A stretch of 64,000 bases of DNA from a virus (Duplodnaviria > Caudoviricetes). The translations under genes and the position numbers were made by a program. Below, in pieces: positions 9,515-18,373 of this stretch. The DNA lies in the IMG/VR virus record IMGVR_UViG_3300046171_000216, positions 152-64,151 of that record. The stretch is one strand, 5' to 3'. Below the pieces are notes generated by a model. The model saw nothing but the letters and a program-made list of their open reading frames with translations. It was not told where the DNA came from and did not search any database. The first letter of the stretch is position 1. Each line of letters begins with the position of its first letter.

Positions 9515-10485
9515 ATTTTTTTCCAATTGTTAAATTTTACTTTTGCTTGTAAACCAGAGTATGTATTTGATTCTAGCACACTCATGATTTTGTGTCCACC
9601 CAATACCATATCGTTGATGTCCTTTTCAACAATAGACGTTGGCCAGATTACTACTTTGTATCCTCCATTAATGGTTTTGTCGATTCTGTTGACGATTTCT
9701 CTGTTGCGAGGTTCATTATCATAAACGTAAATACAATCGCTCCAACCAAACGACCTAATATCAAGATCGGAGCCGCACATAGCAACACCGTTTTGTACCA
9801 AGGTCGCATCGAAGGGTCCTTCAATGATGTATATGGGTTTTTCATTATCAACTTTATCGAGTCCATAAATTTTTGGAGCATCTTCATTAATCATCACAGT
9901 GATATATTTAACAGAGTTAGGACCTAGACTCCTGCCTTGAAATCCGATCAAATTCTTTTCTGTATCATGTAGTGGTATTATGATGCGAGATTCGTCCCTA
10001 CCGATAGTGTCAAAGGTCTGTTTTTGTGTATTTGCCCACTCTTTAAACTTATGTGCAAAGTAAAATTTTGATGGGTCTAATTTTCTCTTTTCAAGATATT
10101 CCTTTGCAATCGGAACTTCAGTTGCCTTTGGTAAATCTAACTTCTTTCTGAATACTGGTTTCTTAAATTCTAATTTTGGTTCATCAACAACGAAGTTTCT
10201 ACCACCTGCAAACCCTTCTTTAAACTTCTCCATAGTGTATTGTTTATGAAGAGTTGCATCTATTTGTTTTAGAAAATTATTAAATGAAGAACTTGCACCG
10301 CAGTTATGGCACTTGAAGTTTGTATTTGTCTTAACCTGATAAAAATATCCTCTTGCTTTATTCTTATGTTTTTGAGAGTCACCACAAATCGGACAACGAA
10401 AGTTAAAGAGATTTGGTTTAACTCTTTTAAACTTCTGAAGTCTTGAGGATACGAGACCAATATATTTGGAATCAATTATATCCAT
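9511..10485 (-). CDS. 61: DNA primase (T4 gp61)
   Basis: CPICGDS...CHNC zinc finger; TOPRIM EGPFD and YDNEPRN. Confidence 0.95.
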   Translation of the reverse strand: MDIIDSKYIGLVSSRLQKFKRVKPNLFNFRCPICGDSQKHKNKARGYFYQVKTNTNFKCHNCGASSSFNNFLKQIDATLHKQYTMEKFKEGFAGGRNFVVDEPKLEFKKPVFRKKLDLPKATEVPIAKEYLEKRKLDPSKFYFAHKFKEWANTQKQTFDTIGRDESRIIIPLHDTEKNLIGFQGRSLGPNSVKYITVMINEDAPKIYGLDKVDNEKPIYIIEGPFDATLVQNGVAMCGSDLDIRSFGWSDCIYVYDNEPRNREIVNRIDKTINGGYKVVIWPTSIVEKDINDMVLGGHKIMSVLESNTYSGLQAKVKFNNWKKI

Positions 10486-10958
10486 TACTCACCTAAAGTG
10501 TGTACCACTGGTTTCTCGTGCATCAATACCTTATATAACTTCTGTGTATCTGCACAGGACACAGGTATAAACTCGGTTTCACTATCAAAACCTTCATACC
10601 TATGAGATTGATTGATGACAATAGAACCCTTTTCTCCTGATACTGACCTATGATAAGTTAGTTTAGGTATGAGTAGAGCACCACTGGCACGGTTGAGGTG
10701 TACTATATGGTATGGATACTTCCAATCAAAGTTAACTAACTCAAACTGTCTCTCACCAGAGACAACCCTATTATAGTCGTCCTGATACTTGTGTATATAA
10801 AATTGCTTTGCACCTACTCTATCGTTCGGTGGTGATGTTGCAGCACCTGTATGAACAACTAAGTCAGAAGCATTTGATTCTTCAACTGATATATCATAAA
10901 AGATCACATCATCTGTTTCACGAAACACTCTGTGCTTCTTGAAATGAACTTCACTCAT
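10485..10958 (-). CDS. Hypothetical protein, possible cupin fold
   Basis: FYIHKYQDD...LLIPKLTYHRS pattern. Confidence 0.6.
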   Translation of the reverse strand: MSEVHFKKHRVFRETDDVIFYDISVEESNASDLVVHTGAATSPPNDRVGAKQFYIHKYQDDYNRVVSGERQFELVNFDWKYPYHIVHLNRASGALLIPKLTYHRSVSGEKGSIVINQSHRYEGFDSETEFIPVSCADTQKLYKVLMHEKPVVHTLGE

Positions 10959-10968
10959 TGTATAGTAA

Positions 10969-11376
10969 TTACTTTTCTACTATTATACTCGAAACTTGTG
11001 CTGGAGTCAACATAGGTTTGATAATTCTTTGACCCATTGGACTAACTATGAATGATATTATAGCAAGACCACCAAATATTGACCACATTTTCTTCTCTAT
11101 CAACCTCAAACGGTTGTCTACAAGTCTTATATCTCTCTCACATCCTTTCTTAATATCAGTAGCATGTCTATCTAATTTTACATCCACTTGCTCAATCTTC
11201 TCAAATAAAACTGCATCAATACGATCTTGCTTCGTTAGTTTCTCATCATGAACAGCAAGAAGTTGCCCCATCTTTACAGAGTTTTCCTGTAGAGATGAAA
11301 CTACTTTCTCTAATCTTTCTAGAATGGCTGCGTTTACACCCGTATTATCGTCCACTTTGAGTATTTTTACCTTCAC
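10969..11376 (-). CDS. Coiled-coil protein with C-terminal transmembrane helix
   Basis: LLAVHDEKL...RLRLIEKKMW followed by hydrophobic SIFGGLAIISFIV. Confidence 0.65.
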   Translation of the reverse strand: MKVKILKVDDNTGVNAAILERLEKVVSSLQENSVKMGQLLAVHDEKLTKQDRIDAVLFEKIEQVDVKLDRHATDIKKGCERDIRLVDNRLRLIEKKMWSIFGGLAIISFIVSPMGQRIIKPMLTPAQVSSIIVEK

Positions 11377-11573
11377 GTATATTTATTTTTCTTAAAACTT
11401 GCAAGAAGATCAGCACCTTTTTTGAATTTTGTTCTTCCTTTAGGCATCAAACCTCTAGCAATTACAGGTGGTTTTTTATTTCTTACAGGCGGATCACCAA
11501 CTGTACCTGCAATCTGACCGCCACTAACATTGTTTGCCATCATCTCTTCATAGAAGTCGTAAAAGGATTTCAT
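11373..11573 (-). CDS. Small putative internal head protein
   Basis: Starts MKSFYDFYEE; basic C-terminus. Confidence 0.55.
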   Translation of the reverse strand: MKSFYDFYEEMMANNVSGGQIAGTVGDPPVRNKKPPVIARGLMPKGRTKFKKGADLLASFKKNKYT

Positions 11574-11914
11574 TCTCCTCCACCTCCTCCATTACCACCG
11601 CCACCGTTTCCACCACCGTTGCCACCGCCATTTCCACCACCGTTGCCACCGTTTCCATTACCACCATTACCATTTCCGTTGCCATTACCATTACCATTTC
11701 CGTTGCCATTTCCGTTGCCATTTCCATTACCACTATCGGAACGATTATCTCCACGACCATATCCACCCATATAATATCCCCTTACACCATATCCTTTTCC
11801 TTTTCTCTTAATAGGGACGCAAGACTTCAACTTCTTGCTATATTTAAATCCTTTCGGACATTTAGCTCTCTTCTTTGCTTCTCTTAAATTTTGTATGACT
11901 CTATCGATGTCCAT
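11570..11914 (-). CDS. Small protein with a Cys pair and Gly/Asn-repeat tail
   Basis: Likely start MDIDRVIQNLRE at 11914 (TAATG coupling); CPKGFKYSKKLKSC, then (GN)n and (GGGN)n. Confidence 0.65.
   Translation of the reverse strand: MDIDRVIQNLREAKKRAKCPKGFKYSKKLKSCVPIKRKGKGYGVRGYYMGGYGRGDNRSDSGNGNGNGNGNGNGNGNGNGNGNGGNGNGGNGGGNGGGNGGGNGGGGNGGGGGE
11580..11732 (-). repeat. Low-complexity coding repeat, (Gly-Asn)n and (Gly3-Asn)n
   Basis: Degenerate GGN-AAY hexamer repeats with synonymous variation. Confidence 0.9.
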
Positions 11915-12285
11915 TAGAGATTGTTGAGTTGATCGAGACACTCCTGATCTACATCAATCGTATCTACTTTTGTTTTTGGATATTCGGGTATCCGTTTTAA
12001 AAAAACTAAAAAACTCTTGACGATTGGCCAGAGTTCTTCTTCTAAATTATAAAATAATAAAGGAACTGCAGCATCATGAAAAACATTAAACAATATAATT
12101 AAATGATTCATAATCAAATGAATCTTCAACTCTCCAGTATTCTTATACCTTTTAAGCAATCTTTTAATATAACGAATCCTCTTCAAGTCACTTTCAAAGT
12201 CATCTTTGGTAACTGCTTGAGGATTGTCATAGAATTTTATAGCGAAGAGCATATAGTTGCTCTCATTCAATTCATCAAATCTCAT
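11914..12285 (-). CDS. Conserved T4-like hypothetical protein
   Basis: FAIKFYDNP...DLKRIRYIKRLL...HLIMNHLIILFNVF pattern typical of T4-like phages. Confidence 0.75.
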   Translation of the reverse strand: MRFDELNESNYMLFAIKFYDNPQAVTKDDFESDLKRIRYIKRLLKRYKNTGELKIHLIMNHLIILFNVFHDAAVPLLFYNLEEELWPIVKSFLVFLKRIPEYPKTKVDTIDVDQECLDQLNNL

Positions 12286-12295
12286 ATTATGTCAT

Positions 12296-12580
12296 TTAAC
12301 TATCTGGAAGAATGGTGTCATCGGATGCGTCACCAGTAATAGAGCTTGAAGCGACAATCGTTTCAGTTTTTACTCTTAAACTACCGTGCATATCCATATA
12401 AGTTGTAATACCAACGTACCCTGCGTGAGAGGGTGCATATTGTGAACTACCAGTTGTTGCTACACTTTGTTCGGTAGTATCTACACCATACATCGTGAAG
12501 TTGGATGAATCCATTGCTTCATGATGCGATGTAAATTTAGGTTCACCAGCAGTATTATCAGTTTTTCCCCAGAGAGACAT
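12296..12580 (-). CDS. Putative virion structural protein (MSLWG family)
   Basis: MSLWG start and HAGYV...RVKTETIVA. Confidence 0.65.
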   Translation of the reverse strand: MSLWGKTDNTAGEPKFTSHHEAMDSSNFTMYGVDTTEQSVATTGSSQYAPSHAGYVGITTYMDMHGSLRVKTETIVASSSITGDASDDTILPDS

Positions 12581-12614
12581 AATTATACCTCGTTAATATA
12601 TTATATAGTTGTTA

Positions 12615-13208
12615 TTATGCAACAACTGTAACTGTTCCAGCAGCAGTACCAATACTAGCAGCAGAAGTTATTGTAGATGCAGTGTTTGTTCCAGCATCCT
12701 TAATTGTTCCACTATTCAAGTTCATTGGGTTTGTTCCAATTGAAAGAACATCATCTGCGTTAGTTGCAGCGTTTGCAGCAGCAATTGCTAATGTAAATAC
12801 TAATTCATTAGTACCTGTACCAGATGCATAAGGTAAGTTATGTGGTCCACGACCTGAACCTGTACCTTGGTTTCCGTTTGTAACCGCTAGGTATGGAGTA
12901 CCACCTGATGTATCAACATCAACTGCCTCGTTAAATCTAGCACGAACAGATAAACTAAATCCAGCTGACTTGTCAGCAGTAGTTGTAATCCATTCAATTT
13001 CTGTGATATCAGCAGCACCAATAGATGTTGTTAATTCACCGATTGCAACCAGAACTTCTGGTGTTGCACTTGTATTATCGTTACCACTAAGAGATGAACC
13101 AGCTTCAAGCACCCAACCACTTGAGTTTGCGAATACCAGTTTCTTCTCAGCAGTGGTCAAATTCTTAGGTTTTGACTCATCTGAGTCTGTTGCTCCCCAT
13201 AAAGACAT
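12615..13208 (-). CDS. Putative virion structural/fibre protein (MSLWG family, Ig-like C-terminus)
   Basis: MSLWG start; T/S/G/A-rich; FNEAVDV...YASGTGTNELVF. Confidence 0.7.
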   Translation of the reverse strand: MSLWGATDSDESKPKNLTTAEKKLVFANSSGWVLEAGSSLSGNDNTSATPEVLVAIGELTTSIGAADITEIEWITTTADKSAGFSLSVRARFNEAVDVDTSGGTPYLAVTNGNQGTGSGRGPHNLPYASGTGTNELVFTLAIAAANAATNADDVLSIGTNPMNLNSGTIKDAGTNTASTITSAASIGTAAGTVTVVA

Positions 13209-13235
13209 GATTCTCTGTATTATTATTATCAGAGA

Positions 13236-13243
13236 TATTTATA
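13236..13243 (-). promoter_or_regulatory. T4 late promoter TATAAATA
   Basis: Exact consensus upstream of 13208. Confidence 0.7.
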
Positions 13244-13438
13244 TTATCTTGCCTTTATCGCTGCCTCTACTTGTTCAAGTAACTTGTCATCCATCTCAGT
13301 TTTAGTTAATTTAACTGCTTTTTTAAGGATAACTAGGCACAAGTCGATAAGTTTTTCTCCCAATTCTGCATCGTCGGGAATCTTGTCAATCGCATCTGAA
13401 ACAATCTTTGAAGCGATTGGTAATAAAAATGAAAACAT
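13244..13438 (-). CDS. Hypothetical protein
   Basis: 64-aa ORF, LTKTEMDDKLLE. Confidence 0.65.
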   Translation of the reverse strand: MFSFLLPIASKIVSDAIDKIPDDAELGEKLIDLCLVILKKAVKLTKTEMDDKLLEQVEAAIKAR

Positions 13439-13466
13439 TGTTAATAATAAGAACTATATTATATAG

Positions 13467-14930
13467 CTACGGTTTGCCTGGTGCCATGTTTGAGGGGTTG
13501 GCAGTTCCTGAACCATATGGATTATATCTCAATCCTTTTTTATCTCCACCTTTAGTACCTGTTGGTTTCTTCTTCTTTGGTTTTCCATCTTTATCATATG
13601 GACTGTTCTTTCCACCAGGTCTCATGATGTCAAATGAAGGATCATCCTTTGCAGGAGTTCTTTCTGTATTCTTTGGTGCATTATCTCTTTTAGGTGCACC
13701 GTGTGTTGGTGTTCCATCTTTTTTAATTATTGTTTCATCTATCTTCTCTTCACAAGCATCAACTGCCATCACCATTGGATCTCTTTGACCAGCAGCACGA
13801 AGTTTGTTCTTGATTAAATTAATCATTGCATATTTGCTACGAAGATCTGGTTTCTCTTCTTCTTTCTCATCTTCTTTCTTTACAGAAGTTTTAGTCATCA
13901 TACTCGATACTTTATCTTTCTTTGCTAATTCTTCCTTCTTCTTTTTCTCATCATACATCTCTATCATTCTTTTCTGTGCTTCAGAAAGAGTAGAACCTTT
14001 TAAGAGGTGGTGAGCATATTGCATACTCTTAGTTTTCTTCTCCTCTTCTTTTTGAGGATCAGGAGAAAGTGTTACTGCACCTGAAGAATAATTATCAACA
14101 TCCTTACCAGTTATCTTATCTTTTCCTTTTGGTTCTGTAGTTATAGTTCCATCTACAAGATATGCTTCTGCTTGAGTACGAATTGCATTACCAATTGCTT
14201 TTCTTCTCTTTAGAAGATACTTATCAGATTTATTTACCTTACCATCATTATTAACATCAGCATCTTCTTTACCAACTGGATCTAATCCACCACCTTTTGC
14301 TTTAGCTGTTTTTTCTCCCCTCTTTCTTTCACCTTCATATGGTTCACCGTGATCTGTCATCTCAACAGATTCAATATTAGGATTACCACGAAGTTCAGTA
14401 ATCTTGGCACGATCAGCAAATCTTACATATGATCTACCATTCTTATCTGTAACTCTTACCTTATATTTCTGACCAGGTTCTTCATCTAACTGTTGTAAAT
14501 ATGCAAGTTCAAGTTCTTTCTCTGCATCATTCTTTTCTACGAATACCTTATATAATGCATTTGCAACACCATCAACCGCTAATTCATCTGCACTATTAAT
14601 ATACTTCTCTGACATACCACCAGTCTTACCAAATAATTTTTCTCTAACCGCAGTTCTTTCTGCCTGACCTAATGAACTGTTAGACATATATTGAGCAAAA
14701 GCAGCTTTCAAATCTATATCTTCTCTTCTTGCACGATATCTAATATCATAAACTGCCTGACGAATTTTCTTTTCTGAACCTTCTTCAGACGCACCTTTTT
14801 CACCACCACCTTTTGCTGCTGGTTTTCCACCACCTTTCGCTGCAGGAGGTGCAGATTTTTCTTTAGATTTTGCCATTACAGCAGGTGCAAACTTTCTTGC
14901 TGGTAGACTTTCAGAGATATCAGTACTCAT
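13467..14930 (-). CDS. Late protein with EF-hand/dockerin-like loop, probable head-associated protein
   Basis: DADVNNDGKVNKSD loop; many (L/I)xE sites; upstream late promoter. Confidence 0.7.
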   Translation of the reverse strand: MSTDISESLPARKFAPAVMAKSKEKSAPPAAKGGGKPAAKGGGEKGASEEGSEKKIRQAVYDIRYRARREDIDLKAAFAQYMSNSSLGQAERTAVREKLFGKTGGMSEKYINSADELAVDGVANALYKVFVEKNDAEKELELAYLQQLDEEPGQKYKVRVTDKNGRSYVRFADRAKITELRGNPNIESVEMTDHGEPYEGERKRGEKTAKAKGGGLDPVGKEDADVNNDGKVNKSDKYLLKRRKAIGNAIRTQAEAYLVDGTITTEPKGKDKITGKDVDNYSSGAVTLSPDPQKEEEKKTKSMQYAHHLLKGSTLSEAQKRMIEMYDEKKKKEELAKKDKVSSMMTKTSVKKEDEKEEEKPDLRSKYAMINLIKNKLRAAGQRDPMVMAVDACEEKIDETIIKKDGTPTHGAPKRDNAPKNTERTPAKDDPSFDIMRPGGKNSPYDKDGKPKKKKPTGTKGGDKKGLRYNPYGSGTANPSNMAPGKP

Positions 14931-14941
14931 TTTAATGAAGA

Positions 14942-16240
14942 TTACTTTCTAACTTTATATTTATTTATAAATTGTTTTCCATAGGAAATTCCAGGAACCA
15001 TTGTTTCAACGTATTTACGAAGTGCATCAGTGCCAGTTAATCTCTGATTTGCTGGAACACCTGATGGAGTTGTTGCATTTACAACTGCTTCTTGTAAATC
15101 TTTTACCCAAGATTTAAACATTATATTATTCTCTGCAACACATATTAAATGATTTGCACCACGACGAATAATACGACCAATTAAACCTGTGTTTAAGTTT
15201 TCAACTTTATCACCAATATTAAAAATTTCTTTCTTAACATATGATTCTCTTAAATTTTCTGTATCATATTTTGGTGCTATCTCCCATATATTCCAAAACT
15301 CTTTCATCTCTTGAACATTCATTGTTTGTCTTACAGTATCAAATAATGACATCGCCATTTTTCTTGGTGTCTCTTCTGGTAATCCTGCACGGAATGATTT
15401 GAAATCTCCTTCTGCTGCAGCGAGTCTCATTCTTGAAGATGATAAACCCTCCATACCCTCTGCATCTGGATCACGATCACCTGATGATACAACTTCCATA
15501 TTATCAAACTGATAGAGTTGTCCATTATAATTTTGAGATAATTTATCAAACTCTTTGACACGATCTTGTCCTGCAACGATTCTTACATTTGTATAACCAT
15601 CATTATGTGCCTTCTTCAAAACATCAAAGATTGTACGATTTGCTCCATCATTCACAATTCTTTCACTGTGTTGTGGAAACATCTGTCTCATCATTGATAC
15701 TTTAGTGTCAGCATCAAGTGGATTCTTCTTTGGATCTTGTGATCTTGACGGAACAATTATATAATCATCACCATTACCAAGTTCAGCAGATTGTGCAGCG
15801 GACTGTGCTGCAACATCCATTAATTGCAAATGACCTGCGTGTGGTGGATTAAATCTACCAAATGCAAGAGTTAATGTTCCTTTTGTTTTTTCAACTGGTG
15901 GCGGACCTGCTGCTAAATCAGGACTTTGAACTTGTTGTTGCTGCTGTTGTTGTTCTTCAGGTGGTGCTTCTTGTTGTTCAGGTGGTGGTGCTTGTTGTCC
16001 TTGAGGTGGTGCCTCCATATTAGGATCAGATAAATTCTTTTCCTTTTCTGATTGTGCTGGATCTTTACCACCAACTTTTTGCCTCTTATTAAAAAACTTT
16101 AATTTGCCCTTCTCTGTTTTCGCTACAAATTCTCCTGTAGTACGATCTGTCCATCCACCATGACCATCACTCTGCAATCCCAATCTAGCTGCTTGTTGGG
16201 TTGCAGTACTTTCAGTAATAAATTGTAAAAATGATTTCAT
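14942..16240 (-). CDS. HIGH-family nucleotidyltransferase (cytidylyltransferase-like) with capsid-targeting N-terminus
   Basis: FGRFNPPHAGH and SSSRMR motifs; starts MKSFLQFITE. Confidence 0.85.
   Translation of the reverse strand: MKSFLQFITESTATQQAARLGLQSDGHGGWTDRTTGEFVAKTEKGKLKFFNKRQKVGGKDPAQSEKEKNLSDPNMEAPPQGQQAPPPEQQEAPPEEQQQQQQQVQSPDLAAGPPPVEKTKGTLTLAFGRFNPPHAGHLQLMDVAAQSAAQSAELGNGDDYIIVPSRSQDPKKNPLDADTKVSMMRQMFPQHSERIVNDGANRTIFDVLKKAHNDGYTNVRIVAGQDRVKEFDKLSQNYNGQLYQFDNMEVVSSGDRDPDAEGMEGLSSSRMRLAAAEGDFKSFRAGLPEETPRKMAMSLFDTVRQTMNVQEMKEFWNIWEIAPKYDTENLRESYVKKEIFNIGDKVENLNTGLIGRIIRRGANHLICVAENNIMFKSWVKDLQEAVVNATTPSGVPANQRLTGTDALRKYVETMVPGISYGKQFINKYKVRK
14962..14969 (-). promoter_or_regulatory. 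T4 late promoter TATAAATA
   Basis: Exact consensus inside the end of the upstream gene, 31 nt before 14930. Confidence 0.65.
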
Positions 16241-16443
16241 CAGTCTTTTATTAGTTTCAATAAGATTTGATTCTTATTGTGCGTCATATACTCAAGAATA
16301 GACGCTCTGGTATGTTTATATTTATCATCTTTATCAGCACCCAATGTTCTATAAGAAAAAAACATAAAGTTATCGTAGATATTTCCTCGGATAATCTTTT
16401 GTTTTTTAAACTGGATTATCAGTGATTCGATTAGATCATTCAT
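16240..16443 (-). CDS. Hypothetical protein
   Basis: 67-aa ORF coupled to both neighbours. Confidence 0.6.
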   Translation of the reverse strand: MNDLIESLIIQFKKQKIIRGNIYDNFMFFSYRTLGADKDDKYKHTRASILEYMTHNKNQILLKLIKD

Positions 16444-17612
16444 ACTTTAAATCCTAATTTATCTGAAGGTCTATTATAACTATTTTTATTTCGTAAAACT
16501 AAATTTGATATAGTTCTATCTGATGTAGAAGCAACGTTAAATCTAGGAATACCATTATCTATATCTAGTTTAACATAGAATATTTCATTGTCTAATATAT
16601 CCTTTACAATTTCAGTAAATTTTTTAGAGACCATGCTTTTCTTTGAATATTCAACCAATTTTTTTTCACACACATATGCTATATTTCTAAGTGTAATAGT
16701 TTTTCTATTTCTTAGTTCAGAATCATTCATAATAAGATTAGCAAATAGTTGTTTTGATACATCTGATATTACAGCATCATTACCTCTAAGACCACCAACA
16801 GATCCAGCAGCTTGTCGTGATATCACACCCACTAAAGCACATCCTTGAATAGGTCCCATATTCATACTATTAGAATTTATCGTGCTCATTAACTGAAATT
16901 CAGTTGTGGATTGAAATTTAGGATTAACTTGTGAAACCAAAGAAGTCATTTTAAGTGTATTCGCAGTTCCCTTTGATTTTGCAGAAACTTTAATTTGTTT
17001 TGTAGATGTACTAATAATATAATCTAAAAGTTGTGCAGATCCAGAACCAGGAAATGATACTGTAGATGATGCATTTATACCTAAATTCTTATTGATCAAT
17101 CCTGACTTAAGACAAAATATCGGACCAATCGCTTCACCAAAATCATTCCTAATAGATGCCATAGGAAGTTCAGTAAACTTGTATCCTACTAATCCACCAC
17201 TTCCTGATGAAACATAATCAACTAAATCAAGTAAATATTCTTGCAATTCTCCTTTTATATCTCCTCTATTTTTAATTGATGTTTTAAGAGTTGTCACATA
17301 TGATGTCAATGACAAAGGTGCACCTAATCCAAACGCTTGTGGTTTTAGATTAACTACACCTAATGATTTTGGTTTTACTAAATTATCTACATTTGTGAAA
17401 AATATATCTTGTCCAACTCGAATTGCTACTCTAGTATGTGATTTAGATTGACTATCAATATAAGTTACAGGTGTTCCTCTTGTTAATTGTTGTGTCAATC
17501 TATTTCCATTTTCTTCATATAATATTCCAGTATCTACTTTCGCAACGGTTGAAACATCACCTTGACCTTTGAAATTATCGTTCCAATTATCGACTCCTCG
17601 ACTTGCTGCCAT
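16440..17612 (-). CDS. Hypothetical protein, possible PD-(D/E)xK-like nuclease fold
   Basis: NDFGE...LLDYII...IKVSAK pattern. Confidence 0.55.
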   Translation of the reverse strand: MAASRGVDNWNDNFKGQGDVSTVAKVDTGILYEENGNRLTQQLTRGTPVTYIDSQSKSHTRVAIRVGQDIFFTNVDNLVKPKSLGVVNLKPQAFGLGAPLSLTSYVTTLKTSIKNRGDIKGELQEYLLDLVDYVSSGSGGLVGYKFTELPMASIRNDFGEAIGPIFCLKSGLINKNLGINASSTVSFPGSGSAQLLDYIISTSTKQIKVSAKSKGTANTLKMTSLVSQVNPKFQSTTEFQLMSTINSNSMNMGPIQGCALVGVISRQAAGSVGGLRGNDAVISDVSKQLFANLIMNDSELRNRKTITLRNIAYVCEKKLVEYSKKSMVSKKFTEIVKDILDNEIFYVKLDIDNGIPRFNVASTSDRTISNLVLRNKNSYNRPSDKLGFKV

Positions 17613-17745
17613 TGACTTTTTGACTATTTATTTCTAGATATGCCAACTTAATTTCTTTATGTCTTAAAATAATTTTTTTTGCCTCTGTCATTTCTTCATG
17701 ATAAAAGACAATTGGTTGTTCGTGTAATCCTGCATCGCCACTCAT
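17587..17745 (-). CDS. Small hypothetical protein (not in the ORF track)
   Basis: MSGDAGLHEQPIVFYHEEMTEAKKIILRHK...; ATGA overlap with the upstream ORF. Confidence 0.5.
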   Translation of the reverse strand: MSGDAGLHEQPIVFYHEEMTEAKKIILRHKEIKLAYLEINSQKVNGSKSRSR

Positions 17746-17921
17746 TCTTCTTCTCCCAAACTTAACGGTTTACCAAAAGTTTTATATGTTAGTTGTTCTT
17801 TTAGGAAGTCAACTTGTAACTTTAAACTTTTATTTTCTTTTTCTAGAACATCTATGTGCTCTTCATAAACATGAATCATACTTTGTAGTTCATTATTTTT
17901 TAATTCTAAGTCCCAGTCCAT
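17742..17921 (-). CDS. Small coiled-coil protein (59 aa, not in the ORF track)
   Basis: MDWDLELKNNELQSMIHVYEEHIDVLEKENKSLKLQVDFLKEQL... Confidence 0.6.
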   Translation of the reverse strand: MDWDLELKNNELQSMIHVYEEHIDVLEKENKSLKLQVDFLKEQLTYKTFGKPLSLGEEE

Positions 17922-17962
17922 AGGGGGTTATCTACTATATTATAAGTTTAATATTTTCTTAA

Positions 17963-18373
17963 TTATCTGTCATCCGATGCACGGTTCTCTGATTCGTATA
18001 CATTAAACTCTCCACCAGGATATCTTTTCTTTAGTTTTTCTACGTTTCCAGCGACTACATCTTCAAGTGAAACATCAAGTGCAGCACAAGCTTGCATCAC
18101 ATACCACATAACGTCACCCAACTCAATAATAAGATGTTCTCGATTGTCGTCGTTCCAAGGCTTACCTTGGAAAACCATCTTCTTGACGATTTCCATAAAC
18201 TCACCACCTTCAGCACTAATCCCAACAGCAGCAGTAAGAAGCCTGTGAATATTGGCACCCTTTCCGTCAAGGGAACTAATACTCTCAATAAAGCATTGAT
18301 AATCCTTACTGGAATCGGATGTGACACCATCCACGAATAGAGCATACTTATCAAAGTCAATTTTTTTAGTCAT
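17963..18373 (-). CDS. mazG: MazG-like nucleoside triphosphate pyrophosphohydrolase
   Basis: AEGGEFMEIVKK...ELGDVMWY...NVEKLKKRYP. Confidence 0.92.
   Translation of the reverse strand: MTKKIDFDKYALFVDGVTSDSSKDYQCFIESISSLDGKGANIHRLLTAAVGISAEGGEFMEIVKKMVFQGKPWNDDNREHLIIELGDVMWYVMQACAALDVSLEDVVAGNVEKLKKRYPGGEFNVYESENRASDDR

Noticed and set aside
11534-11887. Alternative-frame and antisense ORFs over the GN repeat (MATEMATE..., Thr/Ile-rich)
   Set aside because: By-products of a stop-free low-complexity repeat; codon variation is synonymous in the Gly/Asn frame
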